54,983 nt of DNA from Eubacteriales bacterium. Lineage in GTDB: Bacteria; Bacillota; Clostridia; Oscillospirales; CAG-272. The stretch is taken from positions 1 to 54,983 of the forward strand of contig JAZMZS010000211.1 of NCBI GenBank assembly GCA_045586105.1, given 5' to 3'. Positions within the stretch are counted from its first letter, which is position 1; each line of letters begins with the position of its first letter. Positions 1 through 8,758 of this stretch are shown here, piece after piece. The position numbers were made by a program, and so were the translations under genes. A model generated the notes under the pieces. That model had not been told where the DNA came from. It ran no database searches and worked only from the letters and a program-made list of their open reading frames with translations.

Positions 1-1
1 T

Positions 2-133
2 CCCATTCCCGTCAAGACGGCGATGCACCTCATGGGCAGATGCGCGATCGATATGCGTGCTCCTCTCTGCGAGATGGAGGATGCTAACCGTGCTGCTCTT
101 GAGGCCGTTCTCAAGAAGCACGCAATAATCTGA
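2..133 (+). CDS. dapA: 4-hydroxy-tetrahydrodipicolinate synthase, 3' fragment (5' end lies outside the window)
   Basis: Not in the ORF track because it has no start in the window. Frame 2 reads PIPVKTAMHLMGRCAIDMRAPLCEMEDANRAALEAVLKKHAII then TGA (131-133), a DapA-like C-terminus. It lies 18 nt upstream of dapB. Confidence 0.6.
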   Translation, partial: PIPVKTAMHLMGRCAIDMRAPLCEMEDANRAALEAVLKKHAII

Positions 134-151
134 TAAACGCGGGTATATCGT

Positions 152-907
152 ATGAACACAAGAATTATTCTGTCCGGCGCTTGCGGAAGAATGGGCAAGG
201 CAGTCTCCGAGGCTGTCGAACTCTCGGGTAACTGCGAGATAGTCGCGGGAGTTGACGTAATTAAAGACGCTTCTCTTCCCTATCCCGTTTACGCAAGCTT
301 TGACCAAATAAAAGAAGAAGCCGACGTTATCGTTGACTTCTCACATCACAGCGCACTCGGCTCCGTGCTCGATTACGCAAAAGCTCACAAGCTCCCCGCG
401 GTGATCGCAACCACGGGACACAACGAGGACGAGTGCGCGAACATGGAACAGGCGGCAGGGGAGATCCCCGTTTTCTATTCACGCAATATGTCTATCGGCA
501 TAAACCTTATGATCGCTCTTGCAAAGAAGGCAGCCGCCGTTCTCGGTGATTCCTTCGATATAGAGATAGTTGAGGAGCATCATTCAAAGAAGCTTGACGC
601 TCCCTCGGGAACCGCTCTTATGCTTGCCGACGCTATTAAGGACACGCTCGACGGAGGCTGCGAGTACGTCTACGACAGACACCTTGAGCGCCGTGAAAGA
701 GCGAAGGGCGAGATCGGCATTCATTCGGTACGCGGAGGCAGTATCGTTGGAGAGCACGAAGTCATTTTTGCAGGAAAGGACGAGGTCGTGCGCATCCATC
801 ACTCGGCATTCTCCCGCGAGGTATTTGCAAAAGGCGCACTTTCCGCCGCAAAATATCTCGTAGGCAAGACTGCAGGCTTCTACAACATGGAGAATATGCT
901 CGGTTAA
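152..907 (+). CDS. dapB: 4-hydroxy-tetrahydrodipicolinate reductase
   Basis: 251-aa ORF with an N-terminal dinucleotide fold (GACGRMG) and the DapB signature E-HH-x-x-K-x-DAPSGTA (EEHHSKKLDAPSGTAL). Confidence 0.93.
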   Translation: MNTRIILSGACGRMGKAVSEAVELSGNCEIVAGVDVIKDASLPYPVYASFDQIKEEADVIVDFSHHSALGSVLDYAKAHKLPAVIATTGHNEDECANMEQAAGEIPVFYSRNMSIGINLMIALAKKAAAVLGDSFDIEIVEEHHSKKLDAPSGTALMLADAIKDTLDGGCEYVYDRHLERRERAKGEIGIHSVRGGSIVGEHEVIFAGKDEVVRIHHSAFSREVFAKGALSAAKYLVGKTAGFYNMENMLG

Positions 908-948
908 GCCGAACGTGGCTTGTATAAGCATTTCAAAAATATGCAATT

Positions 949-990
949 AAGTCCGAGCTGACAGGTAATGTTAGCTCGGACTTCTTCATA
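949..990 (+). terminator. hairpin downstream of dapB (weak T-tract)
   Basis: aagtccgagct (949-959) pairs with agctcggactt (973-983). It is followed by cttcttcat, not a clean U-run. Confidence 0.4.
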
Positions 991-1021
991 AAGGTATTTA
1001 TTAACAACAGAGACTAATTCT

Positions 1022-1261
1022 ATGGCTCGAATAATAGACACAGAAAAGAAAAATCTCATAGGCGGCAATCTAAAAAGAATACGCACAGACTTAAAAACGA
1101 GCCGGCAACAACTCTCAAACAAGCTTGAACTCGAAGGCGTGTACGTCTGCCGTGGCTCAATTTCTCGTATCGAAGATTACTCGCGCACTGTAACCGACAT
1201 AGAGCTGTTCAGCATAGCAAAGGTTCTCGGAGTAGAGCTGACCGAGCTATTTGATAAATAA
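1022..1261 (+). CDS. XRE-family helix-turn-helix transcriptional regulator (79 aa)
   Basis: Cro/C1-type HTH (NLKRIRTDLKTSRQQLSNKLELEGVYVCRGSISRIE). Confidence 0.8.
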   Translation: MARIIDTEKKNLIGGNLKRIRTDLKTSRQQLSNKLELEGVYVCRGSISRIEDYSRTVTDIELFSIAKVLGVELTELFDK

Positions 1262-1277
1262 TTCGATTTAAGCAAAG

Positions 1278-1315
1278 AGGCTGTAAAAACACAAGTTAAT
1301 GTGCTTTTACAGCCT
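1278..1315. terminator. bidirectional hairpin between convergent genes
   Basis: aggctgtaaaa (1278-1288) pairs with ttttacagcct (1305-1315). The flanks are A-rich on the 5' side and T-rich on the 3' side. Confidence 0.6.
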
Positions 1316-1320
1316 TATAT

Positions 1321-1746
1321 TTATCTTTTGTACAGAATTTTCATATCGCCGTCTACAAATCCGACCCCAACAGCTTCTTTGGATTTCAACAACTTTGCAT
1401 ACTTTCCAAGTATCAGATACTGTTTTAATTCTTTTTCCATATACCCGAAAGCTTCTTCCCACTCACATTCCATATGCCACACATACAAATTCTCCCTTGA
1501 GCCGAAATCGGTGACCTCATCACAAGCCCAATCCTCATCCTCGGGATCAAACGAACCGGTACCGACCAATTCCATCGACCAGTTATTGTCCGACTCATCA
1601 TATAGATTAAAAGAAAGAGCAACAACGTCATACGAAATGTCATTGGTATCAAAAATATTATCTATCCAACAAGCTATCTCGCCATTCATATTGTCTTGTC
1701 GCTTGTTTTTAAATATCTTACCGATCAGATCTGTTAAGACCGCCAT
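1321..1746 (-). CDS. hypothetical acidic cytoplasmic protein (141 aa)
   Basis: Taken from the 162-aa track ORF. I place the start at ATG 1746 (MAVLTDLIGK...) because AAGGAGAAAAAACC sits directly upstream and a consensus promoter lies at 1789-1817. No family recognised. Confidence 0.6.
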   Translation of the reverse strand: MAVLTDLIGKIFKNKRQDNMNGEIACWIDNIFDTNDISYDVVALSFNLYDESDNNWSMELVGTGSFDPEDEDWACDEVTDFGSRENLYVWHMECEWEEAFGYMEKELKQYLILGKYAKLLKSKEAVGVGFVDGDMKILYKR

Positions 1747-1788
1747 GGTTTTTTCTCCTTTAAAAACACAACTTCTTAGTTCAAGACA

Positions 1789-1817
1789 ATTATACACACG
1801 CCCTGACAAATTGTCAA
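1789..1817 (-). promoter_or_regulatory. sigma-70 consensus promoter for the 1321-1746 gene
   Basis: The minus strand reads TTGACA (1817-1812), a 17-nt spacer, then TATAAT (1794-1789). The palindrome TGACAAATTGTCA overlaps the -35. Confidence 0.7.
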
Positions 1818-1846
1818 CATCATCTTACAAAGGAGATAAACCATTC

Positions 1847-2515
1847 TCACAACGCATACGCCAGTATCGCATAAGCGTGTATCACGCACGCGATATCAAC
1901 GAGTATATGAAAAACGGTGTGGTATACGCTCTTTTTCTTTCCGACACCGTAAAGCACGGCTCCCGCGGTATAGATCACGCCGCCGATAAGGATATAGAGC
2001 ATTCCGAGACCCATGCTGAGAACGGCAGGCTTCGCCGCAAATATGACAAACCACCCCATTCCGATATAACAGATCATGGTAAGCCTTGCATACCTTTTGT
2101 GGTCTATCGAGGCTATGACCGCACCGAATACGGCAAGCCCCCATTCGCACCCGAAGACTATCCACGCGACTACGGGATAGTTCACTCTGACCGAAGAAAG
2201 AAGTATCGGTGTGTACGTTCCGCATATAAGAAAGAATATCGTAGAGTGGTCTATCACCTGCATGACCTTTTTTGCATAAGAGGGACGCAGACCGTGATAC
2301 ACGCTCGACACGGTGAAAAGCAATATTACCGTAGAGGAATATATGACCGAGCTGACAAGCCCCCAGACGTTTCCCTTTTGCAGTGAGATATAAATACCGA
2401 GAAGCATCGTCACCACGCCTATGGCCGCACCCGCTATATGCGTCGTCATGTTTGCTATCTCCTCCGCTCTTGTATACGGAGGAAGAGCTCTGTCCCTGAG
2501 AGGTGTTCTTTTCAT
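1847..2515 (-). CDS. hemolysin-III / PAQR family membrane protein
   Basis: 222 aa with about 7 hydrophobic helices. Family motifs: EEIANxxTH near the N-terminus, DHSTIFFLICGTYTP, and C-terminal HTVFHILV...H. Confidence 0.88.
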   Translation of the reverse strand: MKRTPLRDRALPPYTRAEEIANMTTHIAGAAIGVVTMLLGIYISLQKGNVWGLVSSVIYSSTVILLFTVSSVYHGLRPSYAKKVMQVIDHSTIFFLICGTYTPILLSSVRVNYPVVAWIVFGCEWGLAVFGAVIASIDHKRYARLTMICYIGMGWFVIFAAKPAVLSMGLGMLYILIGGVIYTAGAVLYGVGKKKSVYHTVFHILVDIACVIHAYAILAYAL

Positions 2516-2612
2516 TATCGTTTCATCCTTTTCCGCTTTGGTTTTATCGGTGTTATTTTAACCCGGCAAAGCGCAAAAAAGCAACCTACTCGCAGACAAG
2601 CGCACTCTACCT

Positions 2613-2652
2613 TAAAAAAGACGAAAGTAGAGAGCCTCCACAGGCTCTATAC
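2613..2652 (-). terminator. rho-independent terminator of the XRE-TM gene
   Basis: The minus strand reads tatagagcc-tgtgga-ggctctcta followed by ctttcgtctttttt. Confidence 0.55.
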
Positions 2653-2667
2653 TCCGGGTAGAATCGT

Positions 2668-3267
2668 TTATTTTTTCAGCTTTGAAGCCATATATACTAT
2701 CAAAAACGCAGGAGGGGCGAGCAAAAACACCTGCCAGTAATTAAAGCGCAAAAAAGCGGTATATACGCTTGCAAGAATACCTATGATAAGCACACAGACT
2801 ATGATCGAATTGCGTTTTCCCTCTCTCCACACAGAGTTGAGCACGAGCGTGACCACCGCACACGCAGGCAAGGTATACACGAACACCGACGGCACAAAGT
2901 GTCCCGCTATCCACACTCCGACAAATACGAGAACGCCAAGTGCCCATATTCCAGTGAGTACAAGTGCTATCAGAGTGTCACGGTTCATTTTTTTGCTCTC
3001 ACTCTCCGGGTCATCCCTAAGAGCAGCCGTGCTATCGTCTGAGGGCTTCTCTTTACCGTTCGCTGACAGCAGCTGATCCACGCTTACCGAGAAAAGCTCT
3101 GCGAGCCTGACAAGCACATATACGTCGGGGACGGCTTCTCCTCTCTCCCACTTGGATATTGATTTATCAGAGTAATTCAGCTTTTCGGCAAGCTCAAGCT
3201 GGGTGAGCTTGTGCTCGGTCCTCAGCCTTGCAATATTGCTGCCGATTATGATCTTTAGTTCTTCCAT
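2668..3267 (-). CDS. membrane-anchored XRE-family HTH regulator
   Basis: N-terminal Cro/C1 HTH (IARLRTEHKLTQLELAEKLNYSDKSISKWERGE), a Ser/Asp-rich linker, then about 4 hydrophobic helices. AAGGAGAA RBS. Confidence 0.85.
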   Translation of the reverse strand: MEELKIIIGSNIARLRTEHKLTQLELAEKLNYSDKSISKWERGEAVPDVYVLVRLAELFSVSVDQLLSANGKEKPSDDSTAALRDDPESESKKMNRDTLIALVLTGIWALGVLVFVGVWIAGHFVPSVFVYTLPACAVVTLVLNSVWREGKRNSIIVCVLIIGILASVYTAFLRFNYWQVFLLAPPAFLIVYMASKLKK

Positions 3268-3467
3268 TGTTCTCCTTAATTTCTGTGAATGAAAATATCA
3301 ATTACGGTCTGTCCCGAATATACTGAAAATGAGGTCGATAATTGTCCGTCGATTATCCGTCCTCTTATAAAATTTCAAGTATTTGGCATGTTTAGAAATA
3401 TATTTTGTCGGGCAAGAATAATACTGTCCGATAAGGATGCCTAAAATTCGGTATGTGAGGGATTCAT

Positions 3468-3899
3468 ATGTACGAGGAAAAAGCAAACAACATAAGACGG
3501 GGAGATATTTATTACGCCGATCTGAGCCCCGTAATAGGCTCCGAGCAGGGAGGGCTCCGTCCCGTTCTGATAGTACAGAATGATGTCGGGAATAAATACA
3601 GCCCTACCGTAATTGCCGCCGCGATCACTTCGAGAATGTCAAAGGCAAAGCTGCCTACTCACATTGACATTTATGCAAAGGATGCAGGGCTCGCAAAGGA
3701 CTCGGTGGTTCTCCTCGAGCAGATCCGCACCATCGACAAAAAACGCCTCAAGGAAAAGATGGGGCATCTCGACGATACCGCAATGAATGACGTGAACAAC
3801 GCGATCTCGGTCAGCTTCGGGCTCGGTAACGCCGTCGAGAGTGATGGGGGCTTCCGCTCGTCTTATGTAGCCGAGAGTGACAGACGCACTATCGGTTGA
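3468..3899 (+). CDS. mazF: MazF/PemK/NdoA-type endoribonuclease toxin with a ~30-aa C-terminal extension
   Basis: [29 protein letters not shown]...[10 protein letters not shown]...THI...[16 protein letters not shown] is the MazF/PemK core. GAGGGA RBS. Confidence 0.88.
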   Translation: MYEEKANNIRRGDIYYADLSPVIGSEQGGLRPVLIVQNDVGNKYSPTVIAAAITSRMSKAKLPTHIDIYAKDAGLAKDSVVLLEQIRTIDKKRLKEKMGHLDDTAMNDVNNAISVSFGLGNAVESDGGFRSSYVAESDRRTIG

Positions 3900-3908
3900 A
3901 ATTATACG

Positions 3909-3949
3909 GCACAGCCGTTTCCCGCACGGGAAGCGGCTGCGCTTTTTTT
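3909..3949 (+). terminator. rho-independent terminator of mazF
   Basis: gcacagccgtttccc / gggaagcggctgcgc stem followed by TTTTTTT (3943-3949). Confidence 0.8.
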
Positions 3950-3985
3950 GCATAGGAAATTACGCCCGCGGTTTATATTTGAGCC

Positions 3986-5815
3986 TTAATAGGTCTCAAA
4001 CTGTGACATATAGAGCTTTCTGTAAAAGCCGTCGGATGCCATCAGCTCCTCGTGGGTTCCGCACTCACACACTCCTCCGTCCCGCATGACTATTATCTTA
4101 TCTGCATCCCTGACGGTCGAGAGCCTGTGAGCGATAACAAAGCTCGTCCTGCCCGCCATGAGAGTGCGCATCGCTTCCTGTATCTGCATTTCGGTCGAAG
4201 TGTCGACATTGCTTGTAGCTTCATCAAGCACGAGCATGGGGGAATCGAGCAGCATCGCTCTTGCTATGGTTATCAGCTGCTTTTGCCCTTTGGATATTCC
4301 CGTCCCGTTGTCGGTAAGCACGGTATCGTAGCCCTCGGGCAGTGAGGTGATAAAGTTGTGAATTCTTGCCGCCTTTGCCGCTTCTATCACCTGCTCGCGG
4401 GTAGCCGAGGGGTTGCCGTATGCAATGTTCTCATATATAGTCCCCGAGAAGAGCCACGTTTCCTGCAGGACCATTGCCCACAGGCGCCGAAGTGAATCCC
4501 GCTTGACAGAATAAATATCTCTTCCGTCGACCGTGATGGAACCGCTTCCGATATCATAAAAGCGCATAAGCAGATTTATCAGCGTGGTCTTTCCGGCGCC
4601 CGTCGGTCCTACTATGGCAACGAGCGAGCCCGCTTTCGCCTCAAGATCAAAGTGACGGATTATCTCTCTCTCGGCAGTATATCCGAAGGAGACGTCCGAG
4701 AAGCACACCTCTCCTCTTACCCCCTCAAGCCCGACCGCATCCGGGGCATCCTCAGGCTCGGGCTCAGCGTCAATGAGCATAAACACACGCTCAGCCGCCG
4801 CGAAGGCGGACTGGAGCTCACCTATGATATTCGCAAACTCGTTGATAGGTCCCGAGAATTTTCTCGAATACTGAACAAAGCTCGAGAGATCTCCAAGCCC
4901 GATGCTTCCGTTCATAAAAAGGACACCGCCAAAAACGCTCACGAGCGCAAGAGATGCGTTGTTTATAAAATTAACGGCAGGTCCGGTGACTGTTCCGTAA
5001 GCCTCCGCCTTGGTATAAGCGGAAACTGCGCTTTCGTTCTTCTCGCCGAAAAGCGCATTTACCTCCTCCTCGACCCCGTATGCCTTAGTCGTCTTCTGAC
5101 CCGACAGCATCTGCTCGGCGTAACCGTTCATCTCTCCGAGGCAGGCGCTTCTTCGTCTGAACAGCGGACGCACCTTTCCTGTCAGCCATTTTGTAAACAA
5201 GAATGTAAACGGCACTGTAAAAGCAAATATCAAAACGAGCCTCGGTGCTATGCTCAGCATCATACCGAAGGAAACGCTTACCGTAATTATGCTCTGCACT
5301 ATCTGCAAAAGATCGCTCGAAAGTGACTGATTTACCGTATCAACGTCATAGGTCACGATCGATATTATATCACCCGGCTGATACTTATCAAAAAACGAGA
5401 CCGGATAACGTGACATCGCGTGCATGATATCACGTCTCATTCTGTAGACCACGTCGCGCGAGAGGCGTATCATCACGCGGGAAAGCACATAGGATATCAA
5501 GGCAGACGTGATGTAGCAAAACAGCATCAGCAACACGTTATGTAAAACTACATTATAATCCGCCTCGCCTGCTTTTGTGCCGATAGCATCTATCGCCTTA
5601 CCCGAAAGCTTAGGTCCCCACAGGGCAAGCAGATTCGATACCACGGACAACACCAATGCCGCGGCGATAAGAAATCTGTTCTGTCCGAGATACCGCCACA
5701 GCCTCAGAAGAAGACGCTTTTTCGAGGTCTTGACCCCTCCTGTCGGACCTCGCCTGTCACCCGAAACCTCGGCTCTTGTGTATCTTCCGCCTCCTATCAG
5801 ACCCGGGTTAGCCAT
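3986..5815 (-). CDS. ABC exporter, fused permease-ATPase (canonical-site subunit of a heterodimer)
   Basis: 6-TM domain plus NBD. Walker A GPTGAGKTT, signature ISKGQKQ (deviant), Walker B MLVLDEAT (canonical Glu). Start moved to ATG 5815 (MANPG...) behind GGGAGGTGA. Overlaps the upstream gene by 8 nt. Confidence 0.9.
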   Translation of the reverse strand: MANPGLIGGGRYTRAEVSGDRRGPTGGVKTSKKRLLLRLWRYLGQNRFLIAAALVLSVVSNLLALWGPKLSGKAIDAIGTKAGEADYNVVLHNVLLMLFCYITSALISYVLSRVMIRLSRDVVYRMRRDIMHAMSRYPVSFFDKYQPGDIISIVTYDVDTVNQSLSSDLLQIVQSIITVSVSFGMMLSIAPRLVLIFAFTVPFTFLFTKWLTGKVRPLFRRRSACLGEMNGYAEQMLSGQKTTKAYGVEEEVNALFGEKNESAVSAYTKAEAYGTVTGPAVNFINNASLALVSVFGGVLFMNGSIGLGDLSSFVQYSRKFSGPINEFANIIGELQSAFAAAERVFMLIDAEPEPEDAPDAVGLEGVRGEVCFSDVSFGYTAEREIIRHFDLEAKAGSLVAIVGPTGAGKTTLINLLMRFYDIGSGSITVDGRDIYSVKRDSLRRLWAMVLQETWLFSGTIYENIAYGNPSATREQVIEAAKAARIHNFITSLPEGYDTVLTDNGTGISKGQKQLITIARAMLLDSPMLVLDEATSNVDTSTEMQIQEAMRTLMAGRTSFVIAHRLSTVRDADKIIVMRDGGVCECGTHEELMASDGFYRKLYMSQFETY

Positions 5816-7541
5816 CCGACTCACCTCCCGCTGACATAGCGCCGAGCTGTATATCGGCTATCTTTTTATACTCGGCGCACTGCTCCATGAGCTCGGCGTG
5901 AGTGCCCATACCGACTATCTCACCGTCATCAAGCATCATGATAAGCTCGGCATGCATGACAGAGCTGACACGCTGTGTCACGATCAACTGTGTGGTATCC
6001 GAATACTCTCTTGCAAGAGATGCGCGGAATTTTGCATCCGTCGCGTAGTCAAGCGCGCTTGAAGCATCGTCAAGAATAAGTATCTCGGGATCGGATGCAA
6101 GCGCTCTTGTTATAAGCAGCCGCTGACGCTGGCCTCCCGAGAGGTCATTGCCGTTCTGCGCAAGAACATGATCGAAGCCCTCGGGGTATCCCGAGATATA
6201 ATCGTCCGCGCATGCAGCGCGGGATGCGCGCTCTATCTCGGTGCGGTCTATATCACGGAAGTATCTTATGTTCTCATAAATACTGTCTGCCATGATAAAG
6301 TCGTTTTGGAATACAACGCCGAATTTACACTTCAGCTCGTCCGCCGGGATCGAGCGGAGATCTCTTCCGTCTATGCGGATGCATCCCCTGTCCGGATCAT
6401 ACATTCGCAGCAGCAGATTGATAAGCGTACTCTTGCCCGAGCCTGTCGCTCCGATTATGCCGAGGGTATCCCCTCTTCCGAGTCGGAACGAGACCTCTCT
6501 CAGGTTATCTCTGACCTTATTGTAAGAGAAGCTGACCCGATCGAATTCTATATGACACCCGTGTCTTACCACAGGCAAGCTCTCATCTACCGCAAGCCCT
6601 CCCTCTATAGCCAGGACCTCCGAGACACGCTTTGCGGATGCTTCACCCTTCGAGAGCATGATAAATATCCTCGTCACACCGAGCATCGCCATATGTATGA
6701 TGGTAAAGTAATTCAAAAACGCAACTATAACGCCCGCTTCCGTGCTTCCCGCGTTTATTCTGTACGCGCCGACAAGCACCACGAGCGTCAGTCCGACATT
6801 GAGCACCGCCGCAGACACGGGATTGGTCACCGCCATGATCCCGCCAACACGCTTGTCCACATCATAAAGGCGGCGGTTCACGGAGTCAAAGCGCTCCTTT
6901 TCATGCTCGGTCTTGCCGAGTGCCTTTATCACTCTCACTCCGGTGATGTTCTCTCTGAGGGTGCTGACCATTCCGTCAAGCACACTCTGGCTTTCGGTGT
7001 AAAGGGGCACGCTCTTTTTGGTAACGAAAAAGACCACCACGCCTATCACGGGAAGCATAGCCAGTAGAATGAGCGCAAGGATCGGATCCATGCTCATTGT
7101 TATAGCTATTCCGCCGATAAGCATGATGGGAGCGCGTATTCCCATACGTTGAATACGCGCAAGCATCTGATTGACGTTGTAGGTATCAGAGGTAAGCCTC
7201 GATACAGCCGAGGGTATGGTAAGAGAATCGAGCTGTGCACTTGAGAGAGAGCCGAGCTTTGAAAACAGATCCCGCCTTATCGACTTTGTTATCCTGCCTG
7301 CGCTGACTGCGCTCATCCTGTTGGCAAAAAAGTTGAAGGCAAGGCAGGCGGCGGCGCATGCGAGCATTCCGCCTCCGAGCAAAAAAATCCCTCTATGGTC
7401 GCGTGCAGGTACAGCCTCGTCAATTATGCTCTTCAAGAGCATCGGAATGAGAAGCTCCGTCAGCGAAGCTATCATCTTTATCACCAGCGTGAGCGCAATA
7501 TACAGCACATGAGGCTTTATATATTTCATAAGTCCCTTCAT
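5808..7541 (-). CDS. ABC exporter, fused permease-ATPase (degenerate-site subunit of a heterodimer)
   Basis: Walker A GATGSGKST, signature LSGGQRQ (canonical), Walker B ILILDDAS (Asp in place of the catalytic Glu). GAGGAGGAG RBS. Confidence 0.9.
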   Translation of the reverse strand: MKGLMKYIKPHVLYIALTLVIKMIASLTELLIPMLLKSIIDEAVPARDHRGIFLLGGGMLACAAACLAFNFFANRMSAVSAGRITKSIRRDLFSKLGSLSSAQLDSLTIPSAVSRLTSDTYNVNQMLARIQRMGIRAPIMLIGGIAITMSMDPILALILLAMLPVIGVVVFFVTKKSVPLYTESQSVLDGMVSTLRENITGVRVIKALGKTEHEKERFDSVNRRLYDVDKRVGGIMAVTNPVSAAVLNVGLTLVVLVGAYRINAGSTEAGVIVAFLNYFTIIHMAMLGVTRIFIMLSKGEASAKRVSEVLAIEGGLAVDESLPVVRHGCHIEFDRVSFSYNKVRDNLREVSFRLGRGDTLGIIGATGSGKSTLINLLLRMYDPDRGCIRIDGRDLRSIPADELKCKFGVVFQNDFIMADSIYENIRYFRDIDRTEIERASRAACADDYISGYPEGFDHVLAQNGNDLSGGQRQRLLITRALASDPEILILDDASSALDYATDAKFRASLAREYSDTTQLIVTQRVSSVMHAELIMMLDDGEIVGMGTHAELMEQCAEYKKIADIQLGAMSAGGESDG

Positions 7542-7576
7542 TGCTGCTCCTCCTCATCCGTTATAGGCTCAACGGG

Positions 7577-8758
7577 TCATTTGTCGATATCCTCAAGGGG
7601 ATCCTCATCCTCTTCGGATGTATTTTTCTTTCTTTGCTCTATCGCGTTAAGCGCGTTCTTGAACAACAGCTTCGAGCTCAGATACACGGGAACGGCAAGC
7701 ACAGCTCCCGTTGTTCCGATAAGCCCCCACAGAACGAGCACCGACACAAGCGACGCAGTAACGGTAGTCCTTACGTTCTGCTTTATGATATACTTCTGCA
7801 GGACAAGATATCCGAGAAGCAGTATCACCGTAAACACCGCAAAGAACCAGAATACAAGTCTGTATGATGTAATGAATACGAAAAACGCAGACAGACCGAG
7901 TGCGAGAACGGTACCTATAACAGGAACGAACACAAGCACGCCTATCATTATCGAAATGAAGGAATACATCGGAATATCCATGATCCAGAGCACTACGTAA
8001 AAGACGATCCCGATAACAAGAGAATAGAGCAGTCTTCCCGAGAAAAAGTCGGTAAAGTAGCCGTATATCGTGTATGTCGCATCATGTGCCTTCTGAGCCT
8101 TGTCATCCGAGAGAAAGGCGTGAACAAGGCGGTTTTTAACCCTCTCTATATACCTGCGCGAGCAGATGATGTAGATAGATATGATAAGACCGAGCAGCAT
8201 GTTCGATGCCTCGGAGAGAAGCTTGTTCACTATCTCCATTACGGCAGGGACGTATTTACGGATGCTGTCATAGGAGAAGTTCAGCGATTCGTTGATATAA
8301 TCCATGATCCTGTCACTCTGTCCGGACAGTATCGGCACCGAGCTTATCGTCTCCCTCACCCAATCCTTGGCGCTCGTGATATACCCCGGAATATTCGCAA
8401 TTATCTCGGAATAAGAGCTGACAAGGGGCAGTATGACTATTATCAGAAGGGCGGCGATAATAAGCAGAAATGTCAGATAACCAAGGGTGACCGACAGGAT
8501 TTTTGCAAGAATATCCTTTTTCTTGAATTTAGAGAACGCGCGCTCGAAAAAGGAGGAATACATATTAACTATTCCGCTGACACAGAATACAAAGATAAGA
8601 GCATACACAACAGGCTTGAGCGCGGAAAGCAGAGCAAGAAATGCCCCCTTGACGTATCCGAAATTCAAAAGAAGAGCAAGGAATGCACATGCCGCAAGCA
8701 CTATTCCCGTTCCGTAGAGGAACAATTTGTTGAGCTTGTCATTGGTTCTTTTACGCAT
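7577..8758 (-). CDS. AI-2E (PerM/UPF0118) family transporter
   Basis: 393 aa, polytopic, with the layout typical of the family. Paralog of the gene immediately upstream; 8-nt overlap. Confidence 0.88.
   Translation of the reverse strand: MRKRTNDKLNKLFLYGTGIVLAACAFLALLLNFGYVKGAFLALLSALKPVVYALIFVFCVSGIVNMYSSFFERAFSKFKKKDILAKILSVTLGYLTFLLIIAALLIIVILPLVSSYSEIIANIPGYITSAKDWVRETISSVPILSGQSDRIMDYINESLNFSYDSIRKYVPAVMEIVNKLLSEASNMLLGLIISIYIICSRRYIERVKNRLVHAFLSDDKAQKAHDATYTIYGYFTDFFSGRLLYSLVIGIVFYVVLWIMDIPMYSFISIMIGVLVFVPVIGTVLALGLSAFFVFITSYRLVFWFFAVFTVILLLGYLVLQKYIIKQNVRTTVTASLVSVLVLWGLIGTTGAVLAVPVYLSSKLLFKNALNAIEQRKKNTSEEDEDPLEDIDK

Noticed and set aside
3289-3444. 51-aa ORF (MKISITVCPEYTENEVDNCPS...) just upstream of mazF, considered as a MazE-like antitoxin.
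   Set aside because: It has no Shine-Dalgarno sequence and no RHH, AbrB or acidic C-terminal features. It probably overlaps the divergent promoters. Kept only as a caveat in the MazF finding.
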